Positions 43,158-54,342 of a stretch of DNA of 64,000 nt are shown one piece after another. Numbering within the stretch: the first letter of the stretch is position 1; each line of letters opens with the position of its first letter. Location of the stretch: positions 41,576 through 105,575 of the forward strand of contig RQSC01000017.1 of assembly GCA_013416795.1 (NCBI GenBank). Direction: 5' to 3'. The notes under the pieces were generated by a model. The model saw nothing but the letters and a program-made list of their open reading frames with translations. It had not been told where the DNA came from and did not search any database. Both the position numbers and the translations under genes were made by a program. Source of the DNA: Prasinococcaceae sp. CCMP 1430 (Eukaryota > Plantae > Prasinodermophyta).

Positions 43158-46100
43158 ATGGGGCGAGGTACAGGGCCGAACGCGACGGCGGGCGCGCCAC
43201 CGCCGCTGGGCGCGTCGATGACGATGGCCTCCACCGCAGCATCGGCCCCCAGCGTCAGCATTGGCGAGCGCGCGGCTGCCGCCGGCGCGCGTACCGCCGG
43301 CATGCTGTCCGTCTTCCCCGCGCAGCTCGTCTTCCGCGCCGAGGAGGGCGTGGGCGTGCAGCGTGCGACACTCATTGTGAAGAATCATGACCGGCGTTCG
43401 CACATGGTGCGTATCCGCAAGCCCACGCACAAGGTCTTCAACATGGTGGCGCACGGCGGCACGAGCCTCAAGCTTGCGCCCGGTCTTGAGACGGCGGTCG
43501 AGGTGAGCTACCTGGGCGGAAGCGAGGAGTGCTACTCTGAGGTGTGCGTGCTCGCCGAGGGCGGCGTGCGGCTCGCGGTTCCCGTGGTCGCCGAGGCGCC
43601 GCGGACGCGGCTGGAGCTTCAGGGCAGCGGTGCTGCGGGCGTGGTGCGCCTGGGCAGGGTCGCCTCGGTGTCGACCTTGCGCGTCGCCAACGCCGGCTCA
43701 CTGCCGGGCACCTTCACGGTCAACCTCCCAGAGCACTCGTTGCTGCGTGTCGAGCCTATGGATGGCGCCGTGCCCGCCGGTGGGTCCGTGGCGCTCGCGG
43801 TGACCTTCACGCCACCAGAAGCGGGCGTCTTTGAGGAGTCGCTCAGCGTCGACTTTGGCGACGATGATGCCGACGCTGCGCAGGAGCGCGCTGGGGACGT
43901 TGGAATGTCGTCGGGAATTCAGACAATGACGGTCTCGGCACAAGTCGTTACACAGGGCTTTGAGCTGCTCCGTGGGTCTCTAGTTGTGGGAGAGAAGCCC
44001 ACGGGTGGCGCGCTTCAGCTCACAGAGACCGACTTCGGTTCTGTGTACTTCGGCGAGGCCACCGAGAGCAGCGCGACGGTGCTCAACAACGGCCCGGAGC
44101 CGGTCGTGTTCAGCGTCGCCCTATCTGACGGCGAACATGCCCCGGACAGCGATGACGCCCAGATGGCTGCTCAAGCCGCCGCGTTGGCGCGTGTGGACCC
44201 CGAGTCGTTCATCCCCTCGTCCGCGCCCGCCAAGTCTGCCAACGGCGTGCTCACGATCTTTCCACAAGACGGTGTCATTCCTCCGTACGGCAGCACGACG
44301 CTCACCCTCACGTTCGCGCCTACCAAGAAGGCACCGACGCGCGGCTTTGCGTCGCAGGGACGCGAAGGTCGGTCGGAGGAGTACAGTTTCACGGCCTTTG
44401 TGAGCTTTGGGGGCGAAGAGCGCAAGCTCAGGCTGCCTGTGCGCGGTTCGGGGCACTCAGCGGCGCTTCGAATTGCACCAGAAGGCTTGGTTCGCTTCGG
44501 CGACGTGGCTGTTCACGACGCGGTGGACCGCATCGTGACGGTAGTCAACACCAACGCCACTCTACCCGCGCGCTTCTCAGTGGGGCGCTCGGCGACCTTT
44601 AAGGCTTCACCGCAGCAGGGCGACCTCGAGCCCGGAGCGTCGGCTGAGGTGACGCTGTCGTACTCGCCGAGGACGCTCGGCACGCACCGCGAGGCCCTCA
44701 GCGTGCGTGTGCTTAGTGCCACCTCAGGGCGCACCGTTGGAACCAGCAAGATATCTGTGACTGGGGCGTGCACTGCTATAGGCGAGAAGCGCACAATGGT
44801 AGGCGGCCTAGGGTCCGTGCCTGCTGACTTTGAGCACTCGCGCACATTCGTTGGAGAGGAGGGCGCCGCCAGCCTCCAACGCCCGTATGCGCGCCGAAAC
44901 CCGTGGGTGGGTCATGAGACGAGCGCCATCTTCCAGTCGCCCGCCGAGATGCAGCTGAGCGCGGAGGAGAAGCGCGCGCGTGACGCGCACGACCAGCTTT
45001 ACACAACGTTCATCCGGCGTCGCCAGACAGCGCGGCGCGAGCGCGCGAGCGGCAAGCGTGGCAACGGAGGCTTCGACACAGATCCCGTGCACATGGGCAT
45101 GCGCTCCGCGAGCGGGCTACGGGCCCCAGAGCCGGGGATGCCCAAGGCGGATGATCCGATGTGGCAGAAGGAGGACGCCGCCGCGGCCGCAGACATCGCT
45201 AAGGCCACGTTGTCGGGAGCCGTGGTTAAGCCGCGCAATCGCCCCGCGTACATGGATGACGAGGAACTGCACACGAAGTCGAAGTTCAAGAGCAGGCCAG
45301 GCACACTTGCGGAGCAGCGCGAGTGCCAGCTGATGCTCGCGCCGCAAGACATCATGCGCATCGCGACGGGCCCCAGCGCGATGAACTTTGGGCGCGTCAC
45401 CTGTCTATCAGCGCCGGTCCAGACGTTCGCGGTGACCAATACGCTCTCGAAGGCGCTGATGGTCGAGGTGTGCACGCAGGAGATCGGGGAGCTTGCGTCG
45501 AGCTCGCCGACGGCGCAAGTTGTGCCCCCGGGTATGACTGCTGGCTTCGACATATCGCTGGTGTGCTCCACCCTGGGCTCGCTTCAGCGCACCGTCGAGT
45601 ACATCATAAACACAAAGCACCGCTTCGCCTTCGAGGTTAGCGCCGAAGTCGTGCCCGTGAGCGTCAATCTGAGCGCTGATAGGCTCGACTTCGGCTTCGA
45701 CGCGGACAATTATGAGTCATTTGTCACCGAGCAGGTCAAGATTGCCAACCCCAACTCGCACCCTGTCGAGTTTTCTGTGGCGAGTTCGAGCGCTGCGTAC
45801 GTGCCAATGCCCAGCGGCGGCATGATCAACGCGGGAAAGTCTGTGGACCTTGCGGTGACGTGGACGCCGACGAGCGGACCGACAGCAGCAGCCTCGTCTG
45901 AGGCCGAGCTCTCGTTGCGCATCGTGGGTGGTAGTGCCCGCCGCATTGCATGCAGGGGTTTCAACCCCGAAGGCCGTCTCGCCTTCCGTGAGACCAGCAT
46001 CGACTTTCAGTCTGTGTGCGTTGGCGGAGGGGCCACTCGCACTGCCACTGTCCGCAACGTGGGCAGCACTGACGCCGTATTTATGCTCGACTCGCTTCCG

Positions 46101-49100
46101 CCTTGGCTCAGCTGCACGCCGCAGCGCTCGCGCATTTCTCCGGATTCCACCACGGACCTGCAGATCACCTTCATTGGACGAGCGCCCCAACTCTACTCAG
46201 GGACGCTCGTGTTGGCCGTGCGCGGTTCGAAGCCCATCAAACTCAATGTAGCTGGTGAGGCTATTGTGCCGCAGATGAAGGCCTCGCCCGAGGCGTTCGA
46301 TTTCGGCGATGTCTACCTCGGCGGCACCGCAAGGCGCACGCTCACGTTCTCAAACTCGAGCACCATCCCCGCGAGCCTCGAGCTCGACCTCGTGGACTAC
46401 CCGAGCTTCTACATCGAGTCACCCAAGGAGATGTGGGCCAACCGTGGATACGAGGAGAATCCCGTCCGAGTACTTCGCCCCAAGCCCGACACTGCTGGCG
46501 CGGCCTCTCAGAGCGGCGGTGGTGCGCCTATGACCCTGGAGCGCAGCGTGTCAACCGCGTCGTCGATTGGCGGAGCGAGCGTGAGCAGTGGTGGCGCGCC
46601 CGCTGGGGGCAAGTACCGCATCGCGGTCAATCCAGAGAGCGCACTTGACGTGCACTTGGTCTTCCGCCCGAGCATCGTTTTCCCGTTCGACTTCCGACTG
46701 CCATTGCGACTGAGAAATGTGGCCGACGAATGGACTGCCGAGCTCACGAGCCTGACGCCGCAGGTGCGCGCGCATGGGCTGCGGCCGAGACTTTTGCTGT
46801 CGACAGCGGTTGTCGACTTCGGCAGCCGCATTGTGCGCTCGGAGCGCGTCAAGAAGATTCCTTACACGATGGACGTTGAGATTACCAACAACGACGACAA
46901 GGACCTCGGCTTTGAGTTCGGCCAGCCAGTGACGGCCGAAGGCGTACGCTGCAGCGCATACACGCTCGAGCCGCAGTCGGGTCATCTGGCGCGGGGCGCG
47001 TCGTGTGTGTTGCGCGTGGCGTACATGCCCCATGCCAAGCGCGACGACCTGGCGAGCGTGCCCATCTTCCTCGATGGGGATACATCGCGCGCGTACGTTT
47101 CGCTAGAACTCGTGGGTAGCGGGAGGTACCCAAAGCTGCTCTTCGACCGGCGTGAGGTCACGCTGCACCCTGTTCCGCTGGGCTTCACCGCGCGAGCGCG
47201 CTTTACGATACGCAACGACGGTTACGACAACCTCGAAATCAAGTACAAGCTGCCTGCGGACACCGCGCGCGCCCCTCTTGAGATCAGCTTTCCCAACGGC
47301 CGCATGATCGGCATCGCTAAGGACGCGGTCGAGGTGGAGGTGTCGTTCTCGTGCCGCAAGCCGCTTGGCTTCACTGCAAACGTGGACTTCCTGGACGATG
47401 ATGGCGGCAGGTTTTCCCTCCCTGTCACTGGCGCGACCGACAGCTGCCTACTCTCACTGTACCCGTTCCTGTCCGTCAACGCTGGCCGTTACGACTTGCG
47501 CGAGCCAGCCGATGGGAAACCTGTGGCGCTCGTCGACACGAGCGGCTGCGTGTTCGACAGCGCAATCATCGAGAGCGCGTGCGCGGCTGAGAGCAGCGCG
47601 CTCGCACGGCTACTGAACGCGTCCACCATGAAGGGGCCCTTCACCAAGGATCTCTCGCGGGACATGCTGGCTTCACGCGGGCGGCTGATGATCGAGGTGA
47701 TTGAATTTCTGAGCGCCAAGTCCGTGTACAAGGTGGGAAAGCTCAGCGCAAACAAGCGCGAGCAGGTCGACCAGCTCATGGAGCAGCACTCGAAGATGCT
47801 CAACTTCCTCAAAGCGCACGGCGCGCTCCTGACTGCTGTCAAGCCTGAGTTCCTGCTCGACCTCGAGGACTTCCGCAGCTGGGTTGACGCGCGCACGCAA
47901 CGCGTGGCTGACGGCATCGTCGATGACGGCGAAACGCTTGAGACGCTGGCATTGCTGCAACAGACCGAGATGCGCTTCGGGCTGGTGTCGAAGACGAGCT
48001 GGACGGCGGTCGTTCTGCAGACGATCAAAGTGTTCCTGCTGAGCCGTGTGACACCGCGCAGCTTCAAGTCGCTGCCGGGCACGGATTGGAATGCCGAGGG
48101 CCTGCCCGATACCGTGCTGGTAGGCTCAAATGTCTACTCAGTGGCCGAGTCAATCATGCTGCGCTGGCTGACGCTGCACTTCAAGAATATTCTGCCGAGC
48201 GTAGCCACGACGATTTCCAATTTCGACAGCGACCTTCGCGATGGGATGGCACTGTACGCGGTGATGGTGTCGCACTGGCCCAGCCTCGAGTCGTTCTACA
48301 CACAGCTGCGCAAGCCCTGTCGAACGGACGCGCACTTTCAAAACAACGCGCGCGTTGTCTGCGCCATGGTGTGCGAACTCGCGCTGCCTTTTGCGCTGCA
48401 GGCAGACGACATCCTCAAACCTCGCCAGCACGAGATGGTGCTCTTCATACTTCACCTGTACCACTCGCTGCCTCAACTCATCCCACGCAGCGCGCTCGAC
48501 TTCTCTGGCCGTCTGGGGGAGCCCGTGACGAAGACCATTGAGCTCACCAACCCGGCCGACAAGGCGATCTCATACTCAGTCAAGGTGGACGGCCATGCAG
48601 ACTTCTCCATCGAGCAGACCGCAGTGCGCATCGAGCCTCGCGCTACGGTGGCGTTCCCAGTGACGTGCACGCCCAAGATCTCTAAGCCTACCGAGGCGCG
48701 CCTGGTCTTCAATTCGAGGCGCGACGGCAACGTGCACGCTGCCACGCTCGTGTTTGGGCTGCAGTCCAGCGTGCAGTCGCGATGCCCCGTGCGCACGATG
48801 CGAGTGTCATCCAAGCTCTACGACTTTCAGTCGTTCGAGCTCAACGTGACAAACCCTTTCCCTCACGACGGCGAATTCACCGTCACGCTGTTGCAGACAA
48901 CAGAGCCCAGTCCACAACAGGTCGCCGCTGCCATGGGCAAGCGCAAGACTAAGGCCGGCCGCGCTCGCGCGCAAGAGGGCGCGCTCGAGGCGACCAAGCA
49001 ATTCCCGCAGCCCTTCGGCACTACGTGCTCCAAGGTGCGCATCAAGAATGGCGAGAGCGCGCGGTTGGTTGTTGCCTACCTTCCTTTCACGCTGGGCACG

Positions 49101-52082
49101 CACACTGCGACCGTGCTCTTCGAAGAGGCCAGCTTTGGCGAGTTCGCGTACGAGGTCATCGGTGTGTCGGACCTTCCCACGCCGATTGGCGCGCCACTCA
49201 AGCTGACGTGCGATGTCAAGGGGCCGTACACTAAGGACATCCCCGTGCTGCCGACCAACCCGGCGCTCGAGGCCGCCAAGAAGCTGTGGGTTGAGAAGCA
49301 TCCTAGTGCGGCCTCGAAGAGCGAGCTCGCGCTCGTCCTGGCTGTTGGCAGCTACCACTCGGCGGGACCTGTGTCGTACCGGGCGACGACAAATTCGCCG
49401 CACGTACACGCGCCTGCAGAAATGACCGTCACGCCCGTGTCCGCGTCGCGCGCTCCATCGTCGTCTACGAAGGGCGGGCCGGCTGCGCCCGCTGCGGCAG
49501 CGGGCGGCCGGGGAGCGAGAGCCGGTGCTTTGGCTGGCACGGGCGCGGGCGGAAGCACGGAGTCCGCTAGCAGCAACGTGTTGCCGCTCACGCTGCACCC
49601 GAAGATGCCTGGCACGTATCCCACGCGCGTGACGCTCGTGTCGATGTACGACGTGCGTGTCTTCGACGTCGAGTTCGCTGCGCAGTCGAGCGGCACGCGC
49701 GCAAAGCTCGAGTTCACGGCGCCGGCCAGGCAGCGCATCGTGCAGGAAATTCCGCTCATTAACTCGGGCGATGAGCCCCTGCAAGTGAGCGCCACGTTGC
49801 ATTCCAGCGGTGGCGTGTTCTCCGGCCCGCGAGACTTGACTGTGGCATCTGGTGGCCACGCAGTGTACCCGCTGGCCTTCCGTGGCCCTTGGATTGGTGA
49901 GTACACAGGCGAGCTCAAGCTGGATATCAAGGGCACTTCAGAAACCAATGTTTACACGCTGAGCGCGCTTGCCGAGGAGCCGCTCGCGCAGGGGCACATC
50001 GTGGTGGAGTGCGCCGCTCGCCAGCGCGCATCGGCCACCGTCCAGGTGCCATGCGTCACCGAGAACAAAGACGTGACGTACCGCGTACACTCGGACCTGC
50101 GTGACGCCGTGGGCCCTTCGACGCACGTAGTGCGCTCTGCTGCAGGCGAGCGCGGCACAGCATTTACTTTCGAGGTGATCCCGCAGGCCAGTGGGGAGGA
50201 GCACGGCTCGCTGACCTTTACCGGGCCCAATGGAATGTATGTGTGGTACACGGTCGAGTTGCGCATTGCGCCGCCACCGCCCGAGACCGAAGTGCACGTC
50301 GAGGCCGGGGTCCGCAAGGCTGCTGAAGTAGTCATCGGCGTGACCAATCCGCTCGATACGCCGGTCGTCTTCGATGTGATGCTTGAGGGAGACTGCCTGC
50401 TTGGCGAACGCGAGCTGTCTCTAGCGCCGAGAGAGAGCAGCACATACGGGCTGGTGTACTCGCCGCTCAAAGTTGGCAAACACACAGGGTCGGTACGCTT
50501 CGTCGCGCCCGACGTTGGCGAATTCTGGTACAAGTTGCATCTCGAGGCCACTGCTGACGAGCCCGTCATTGTGCCTATGCTCGTCGCTGTGGTCGGCCGC
50601 AGCACGACGCACGTGCTGCGCGTTGAGAATCCCATGGGAAAGCCCACTGCTCTCACTGCGTCGTCGTCCAATGCGCGTAACTTTAACGTGCCAGCGCTCG
50701 CCGGCGGCAGCTCGCTCGATCTGCCCCCCTTCGGCTCGCTGGACGTTGAGCTCGTCTATACGCCGAGCTCCGTTGGCAAAGTCGAGACCGCCGACGTTAC
50801 GTTGTCTGCCAAGGGCGCGGGCGAGTGGGTCTTCAATTGCTCGGGCAAGGGCCAGCCTCCAGGTCGCATGCCCGTCGTGAAGGTGCACTCATCCATCGGC
50901 GAGCGTGCCTCCACTGTCGTGCCGTTCAAAAACCCGTTTGCGGAGCCGATCACTGTATCTGCGGAATTGCGCCTGACAGGCGGCCCGCTCGAGGCAGCGG
51001 ACTCCGCAACGGCTCAGGACGCCGTGGGCGGCGAGGCACTCGATGACAGCAACATTTTTGGCATGATGCTCACGAAGACCTCTGGCGTGGTCGTGCGGGC
51101 CTTCGAGACGCTCCAGGTGCCTGTGTCGTTCACGCCCAGCCGTATGCAGACACACGAGGGCGAGGTATTGGTCACCATCGAGCCCCTCGACACGCGCGCG
51201 GGGGTAGATGGCGCGGACCGGGGACCAGGGGGGTACGCCTTTGCGCGCGCTGGCGACGCGTGGACCTTCCCGCTGGAGGGTGTTGCGGAGGCGCCTGGAG
51301 GATCAGTCTTCCACCTGCGCGGCCGCGCGCGGCAGACGTGCGTCGAAATGATCGAGGTGAACCTGTCCGGCCTCCCGCCGACCGTGCAAGGCGAGGAATT
51401 CACGCACGAGCTTGTATTCCCCGAAGACAGCGGCCTGACCAAGCACATGCTTCGCATAGAGGCGCTTGACGAGCGTCTGTCGCGTGACAAACCGCTGCGG
51501 TTTAAGGCGATCTTCTCGCCGCAGCGCGTGCTGAGCGGTACCGTGGACTTTGTGATCGGCAAGGCGAGCGGGGGGCGCTGGCGCTTTGAGATGCAATTGG
51601 AGGCATCGGAACCTGATCTCGACGGCATCATCTCGATCGAGGCGCTCGTGGGGCACACAGAGACGGCCTACTTCAAGCTGGCAAGCCCCATGGCTAACCC
51701 CGCCAAATTCACCGCAGCCTTTACCGCCGACTCCCCGCTCGAATTCTCGGTCACACCTGCCACGGGCTACCTGCCCGCTGCAGGCGTCCACGAGGGCACC
51801 GGCGAGCCGACGAGCACCGCTTTTGCTGTGAGCTTCACGCCCAAGGAATACGGCGCAATGGCGGTCGGCAGGCTGGTCGTCCAGACGGCTGAGGTTGAGT
51901 GGGTCTTTGAGGTGCGCGGAGCGAGGCCGCAGTACGTGCCGCCTCTAAGACCCGCGAAGGTGGACACCACGCTCAGCCTCGACCTACGGGAGCACATGCG
52001 CGAGAGGCACTCCTTGTCCACCAAGAGGAATTTCCTCAAGGAGAACGCGAATGCGGCGAGGGCGGCGCGCAAGCGCGTGTGA
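43158..52082 (+). CDS. CFAP47: Cilia/flagella-associated protein 47 (many ASH/Ig-like domains plus calponin-homology domain), single exon
   Basis: About 2970 aa of repeated ASH-type beta domains (LKLAPGLETAVEV, V.NxS.xP, F.ELV.T..NP) and CH region SNVYSVAESIMLRWL..ISNFDSDLRDGMAL..LILHLYHSLPQLIP. C-terminal PKEYG....GRLVVQT..WVFEVRG. Confidence 0.85.
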   Translation: MGRGTGPNATAGAPPPLGASMTMASTAASAPSVSIGERAAAAGARTAGMLSVFPAQLVFRAEEGVGVQRATLIVKNHDRRSHMVRIRKPTHKVFNMVAHGGTSLKLAPGLETAVEVSYLGGSEECYSEVCVLAEGGVRLAVPVVAEAPRTRLELQGSGAAGVVRLGRVASVSTLRVANAGSLPGTFTVNLPEHSLLRVEPMDGAVPAGGSVALAVTFTPPEAGVFEESLSVDFGDDDADAAQERAGDVGMSSGIQTMTVSAQVVTQGFELLRGSLVVGEKPTGGALQLTETDFGSVYFGEATESSATVLNNGPEPVVFSVALSDGEHAPDSDDAQMAAQAAALARVDPESFIPSSAPAKSANGVLTIFPQDGVIPPYGSTTLTLTFAPTKKAPTRGFASQGREGRSEEYSFTAFVSFGGEERKLRLPVRGSGHSAALRIAPEGLVRFGDVAVHDAVDRIVTVVNTNATLPARFSVGRSATFKASPQQGDLEPGASAEVTLSYSPRTLGTHREALSVRVLSATSGRTVGTSKISVTGACTAIGEKRTMVGGLGSVPADFEHSRTFVGEEGAASLQRPYARRNPWVGHETSAIFQSPAEMQLSAEEKRARDAHDQLYTTFIRRRQTARRERASGKRGNGGFDTDPVHMGMRSASGLRAPEPGMPKADDPMWQKEDAAAAADIAKATLSGAVVKPRNRPAYMDDEELHTKSKFKSRPGTLAEQRECQLMLAPQDIMRIATGPSAMNFGRVTCLSAPVQTFAVTNTLSKALMVEVCTQEIGELASSSPTAQVVPPGMTAGFDISLVCSTLGSLQRTVEYIINTKHRFAFEVSAEVVPVSVNLSADRLDFGFDADNYESFVTEQVKIANPNSHPVEFSVASSSAAYVPMPSGGMINAGKSVDLAVTWTPTSGPTAAASSEAELSLRIVGGSARRIACRGFNPEGRLAFRETSIDFQSVCVGGGATRTATVRNVGSTDAVFMLDSLPPWLSCTPQRSRISPDSTTDLQITFIGRAPQLYSGTLVLAVRGSKPIKLNVAGEAIVPQMKASPEAFDFGDVYLGGTARRTLTFSNSSTIPASLELDLVDYPSFYIESPKEMWANRGYEENPVRVLRPKPDTAGAASQSGGGAPMTLERSVSTASSIGGASVSSGGAPAGGKYRIAVNPESALDVHLVFRPSIVFPFDFRLPLRLRNVADEWTAELTSLTPQVRAHGLRPRLLLSTAVVDFGSRIVRSERVKKIPYTMDVEITNNDDKDLGFEFGQPVTAEGVRCSAYTLEPQSGHLARGASCVLRVAYMPHAKRDDLASVPIFLDGDTSRAYVSLELVGSGRYPKLLFDRREVTLHPVPLGFTARARFTIRNDGYDNLEIKYKLPADTARAPLEISFPNGRMIGIAKDAVEVEVSFSCRKPLGFTANVDFLDDDGGRFSLPVTGATDSCLLSLYPFLSVNAGRYDLREPADGKPVALVDTSGCVFDSAIIESACAAESSALARLLNASTMKGPFTKDLSRDMLASRGRLMIEVIEFLSAKSVYKVGKLSANKREQVDQLMEQHSKMLNFLKAHGALLTAVKPEFLLDLEDFRSWVDARTQRVADGIVDDGETLETLALLQQTEMRFGLVSKTSWTAVVLQTIKVFLLSRVTPRSFKSLPGTDWNAEGLPDTVLVGSNVYSVAESIMLRWLTLHFKNILPSVATTISNFDSDLRDGMALYAVMVSHWPSLESFYTQLRKPCRTDAHFQNNARVVCAMVCELALPFALQADDILKPRQHEMVLFILHLYHSLPQLIPRSALDFSGRLGEPVTKTIELTNPADKAISYSVKVDGHADFSIEQTAVRIEPRATVAFPVTCTPKISKPTEARLVFNSRRDGNVHAATLVFGLQSSVQSRCPVRTMRVSSKLYDFQSFELNVTNPFPHDGEFTVTLLQTTEPSPQQVAAAMGKRKTKAGRARAQEGALEATKQFPQPFGTTCSKVRIKNGESARLVVAYLPFTLGTHTATVLFEEASFGEFAYEVIGVSDLPTPIGAPLKLTCDVKGPYTKDIPVLPTNPALEAAKKLWVEKHPSAASKSELALVLAVGSYHSAGPVSYRATTNSPHVHAPAEMTVTPVSASRAPSSSTKGGPAAPAAAAGGRGARAGALAGTGAGGSTESASSNVLPLTLHPKMPGTYPTRVTLVSMYDVRVFDVEFAAQSSGTRAKLEFTAPARQRIVQEIPLINSGDEPLQVSATLHSSGGVFSGPRDLTVASGGHAVYPLAFRGPWIGEYTGELKLDIKGTSETNVYTLSALAEEPLAQGHIVVECAARQRASATVQVPCVTENKDVTYRVHSDLRDAVGPSTHVVRSAAGERGTAFTFEVIPQASGEEHGSLTFTGPNGMYVWYTVELRIAPPPPETEVHVEAGVRKAAEVVIGVTNPLDTPVVFDVMLEGDCLLGERELSLAPRESSTYGLVYSPLKVGKHTGSVRFVAPDVGEFWYKLHLEATADEPVIVPMLVAVVGRSTTHVLRVENPMGKPTALTASSSNARNFNVPALAGGSSLDLPPFGSLDVELVYTPSSVGKVETADVTLSAKGAGEWVFNCSGKGQPPGRMPVVKVHSSIGERASTVVPFKNPFAEPITVSAELRLTGGPLEAADSATAQDAVGGEALDDSNIFGMMLTKTSGVVVRAFETLQVPVSFTPSRMQTHEGEVLVTIEPLDTRAGVDGADRGPGGYAFARAGDAWTFPLEGVAEAPGGSVFHLRGRARQTCVEMIEVNLSGLPPTVQGEEFTHELVFPEDSGLTKHMLRIEALDERLSRDKPLRFKAIFSPQRVLSGTVDFVIGKASGGRWRFEMQLEASEPDLDGIISIEALVGHTETAYFKLASPMANPAKFTAAFTADSPLEFSVTPATGYLPAAGVHEGTGEPTSTAFAVSFTPKEYGAMAVGRLVVQTAEVEWVFEVRGARPQYVPPLRPAKVDTTLSLDLREHMRERHSLSTKRNFLKENANAARAARKRV

Positions 52083-52152
52083 CATAGTAATACTTGAATC
52101 GTGATACACGGGGAAGAGTCGGCTTTTCTGCGAGTCGACGCCACCCCCACCT

Positions 52153-53832
52153 CTACTTGCCGATGCAGAAGTTGGCGAAGACCTTGTCGAGGACCTCCTC
52201 TTTCACTTCCTCGCCTGAAACCTCCCCCAGCGCCATGATGGCCTCTCGCAGGTCCACCGTCCAGCAATCGAGCGGCAGGTCGGACTCAATTGACTGCATG
52301 AGGCTATCGACCGCCGCGGCGGCGCGCAGCAGGGCCTCACCCTGGCGTGCGTTCACCGCCCACGCGGCGCCACCCTGCACGCCTGCCGCGCTCGCGCTGT
52401 CGAGGAGCGCGGCCTCGAGCAAGTCCATGCCACGGCTGGTGAGCGCGCTCGTGCCAACCACGGCGTCGAACCTCTCTGGCACGCCCGCGGGCAGCGAGGC
52501 CACCACCTCATCACGCGCACGGAGGTCGATCTTGTTGATCACGAGCACTTTCGCCGCGCCCGCCCCCCCCCCGCCAATGCTGTCGGCGTCAGCGGCGTAG
52601 CCGCCGCCATCGCCCGGCTGCGCGCCTTCGCTCGTGTCGGCACGGTCACCACCGACACCCGCCTCGACGCTCTCCCACACTTCCGCATCTGCGGCCGTCC
52701 AGCCGCGCTCAGCGTCGATGACCATGAGCACAGCGTCGGCACAAGCGGCCGCGCTACGTGATCTCTCCACGCCGAGCGCCTCAACCACGTCGGCGGTGTC
52801 ACCCCGTATGCCCGCCGTGTCAAGGACGCGCACGGGCACGCCCGATCGCTCCATGACGAGCGGCGCCTCGACGACATCACGCGTGGTGCCAGGGAGTTCG
52901 GTGACGATGGAGCGGTCCGAACCCGTCCAAGCGTTCAGTAGCGAGCTCTTGCCGGTGTTTGGGCGGCCGACGAGCGCCACGGCGATGCCGCTCTCAAGCG
53001 CTCTCCCCCGCGCGCACGTCGCTGCAGCGGCGCGTGCGCGTGCTCCGGCAGCTCGCGCGGCAGCGCTCACCATAGGGACGTCGAGCGGCGGCAGCTCCTC
53101 CTCAAAGTCTATGCGCGCCTCGACCTCCACGAGCACATCGATGAGTGCCTCGCGCAGCGCGCGCACCTCGTCAGCGATACCTCCGCGCGCCGCTGCGAGT
53201 GCCGCGTCCGCCGCGCGCGACGTCTTCGACGCGATGAGGCGTTGGACCGCCTCCGCCTGCGTAAGATCCAATCGGCCGTTGAGGTAGGCGCGCAGCGAAA
53301 ACTCGCCTGGCCGCGCGAGGCGGGCCCCCGCGGAGATCGTTGCCGCCAGCACGCGGTCCGGGCACACCGCGCCACCGTGGCCCTGAAGCTCGACCACATC
53401 CTCGGCCGTGAACGAGCGCGGTGCCAGCATCGGCGCTAGCAGCACCTCATCCACCACCGTGCCCTCGGCATCAACCACGTATCCGTACTCCATCACATGG
53501 GTCACGGGCGACCACGCGTCCATGTGCTGCTGCGCAGCGTCGGCACCGTGCTCCGCGGCGACGCGCAACGCCGCGGGGGTGCGGAAGCACCGCCGCGCGG
53601 CATCCACAGCGCCCGAGCCTGACATGCGCACGACCGCCACGCCGCCCTGTGTTGGTGAGGTGGCCGTCACCACCGCCGTAATGGTATCCTCGGTCGCCGT
53701 CGCAGGCAAGGTCGAACCTCCAACGTCGGGCTCGGAGGCGAACGTCGGGGCTTGCTGAGGCTGGGAGCTCCAGGCCTTCCGGGCGGCCTCGCGGAGCTCG
53801 TCCAGGTCTGGAGCCTGCGAGTCGAGCGCCAT
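52153..53832 (-). CDS. mnmE: tRNA modification GTPase MnmE/TrmE, organellar (transit peptide probably extends through n 53904)
   Basis: DTITAVVT..GGVAVVRMSG, PRSFTAEDVVELQGHGG, ARPGEFSLRAYLNGRLDLTQAEAV, GRPNTGKSSLLN, GTTRD, DTAG, NKID, C-terminal FCIGK. Confidence 0.96.
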   Translation of the reverse strand: MALDSQAPDLDELREAARKAWSSQPQQAPTFASEPDVGGSTLPATATEDTITAVVTATSPTQGGVAVVRMSGSGAVDAARRCFRTPAALRVAAEHGADAAQQHMDAWSPVTHVMEYGYVVDAEGTVVDEVLLAPMLAPRSFTAEDVVELQGHGGAVCPDRVLAATISAGARLARPGEFSLRAYLNGRLDLTQAEAVQRLIASKTSRAADAALAAARGGIADEVRALREALIDVLVEVEARIDFEEELPPLDVPMVSAAARAAGARARAAAATCARGRALESGIAVALVGRPNTGKSSLLNAWTGSDRSIVTELPGTTRDVVEAPLVMERSGVPVRVLDTAGIRGDTADVVEALGVERSRSAAACADAVLMVIDAERGWTAADAEVWESVEAGVGGDRADTSEGAQPGDGGGYAADADSIGGGGAGAAKVLVINKIDLRARDEVVASLPAGVPERFDAVVGTSALTSRGMDLLEAALLDSASAAGVQGGAAWAVNARQGEALLRAAAAVDSLMQSIESDLPLDCWTVDLREAIMALGEVSGEEVKEEVLDKVFANFCIGK

Positions 53833-54342
53833 GCCACGCACGCCGGCGCGGCGCGGCCGACGCGCGGCCGCGGACGATGGCGCGCGAGGACGCGCCCGCG
53901 GCCNGGCGCTCCCTTGCTGCAATTGAACGAGAACGACGAGAGGGGAAGAGGGAACTGGACCTGGACCTGCCTGGCTTTCCGCGCGGGCGTATCGGATACG
54001 GATCCGCGCGGGCTTCGCTTCAGGTTCGGCTTCGGGGCGTGCCGCGCATTTTCGCGTGTGCGATCCGACCTCGGGCCCCGCGCCGGAATTGAATTTCACG
54101 CGCGCACGCACGCAACGCGCGCACGCCGTCGAGGAGGCGCGAGGCGGCGCGCGCGGCCGCGCCGCGCCGCCGGAGGACGCGTGCGAGCGGACGGACCGCT
54201 CGTGATACAAGACCCTACTTTACATGCTCGCTCGCTCGCCGGGGCCCCTCGCGCTCGCCCTCGTCGCCGTCCGACGCGCGCTCTCGCGCGGGACGTCCGC
54301 TCTCGAGCAGTCCAGCCGCAAGCGGCGAGTGGCGCCGGCGGA

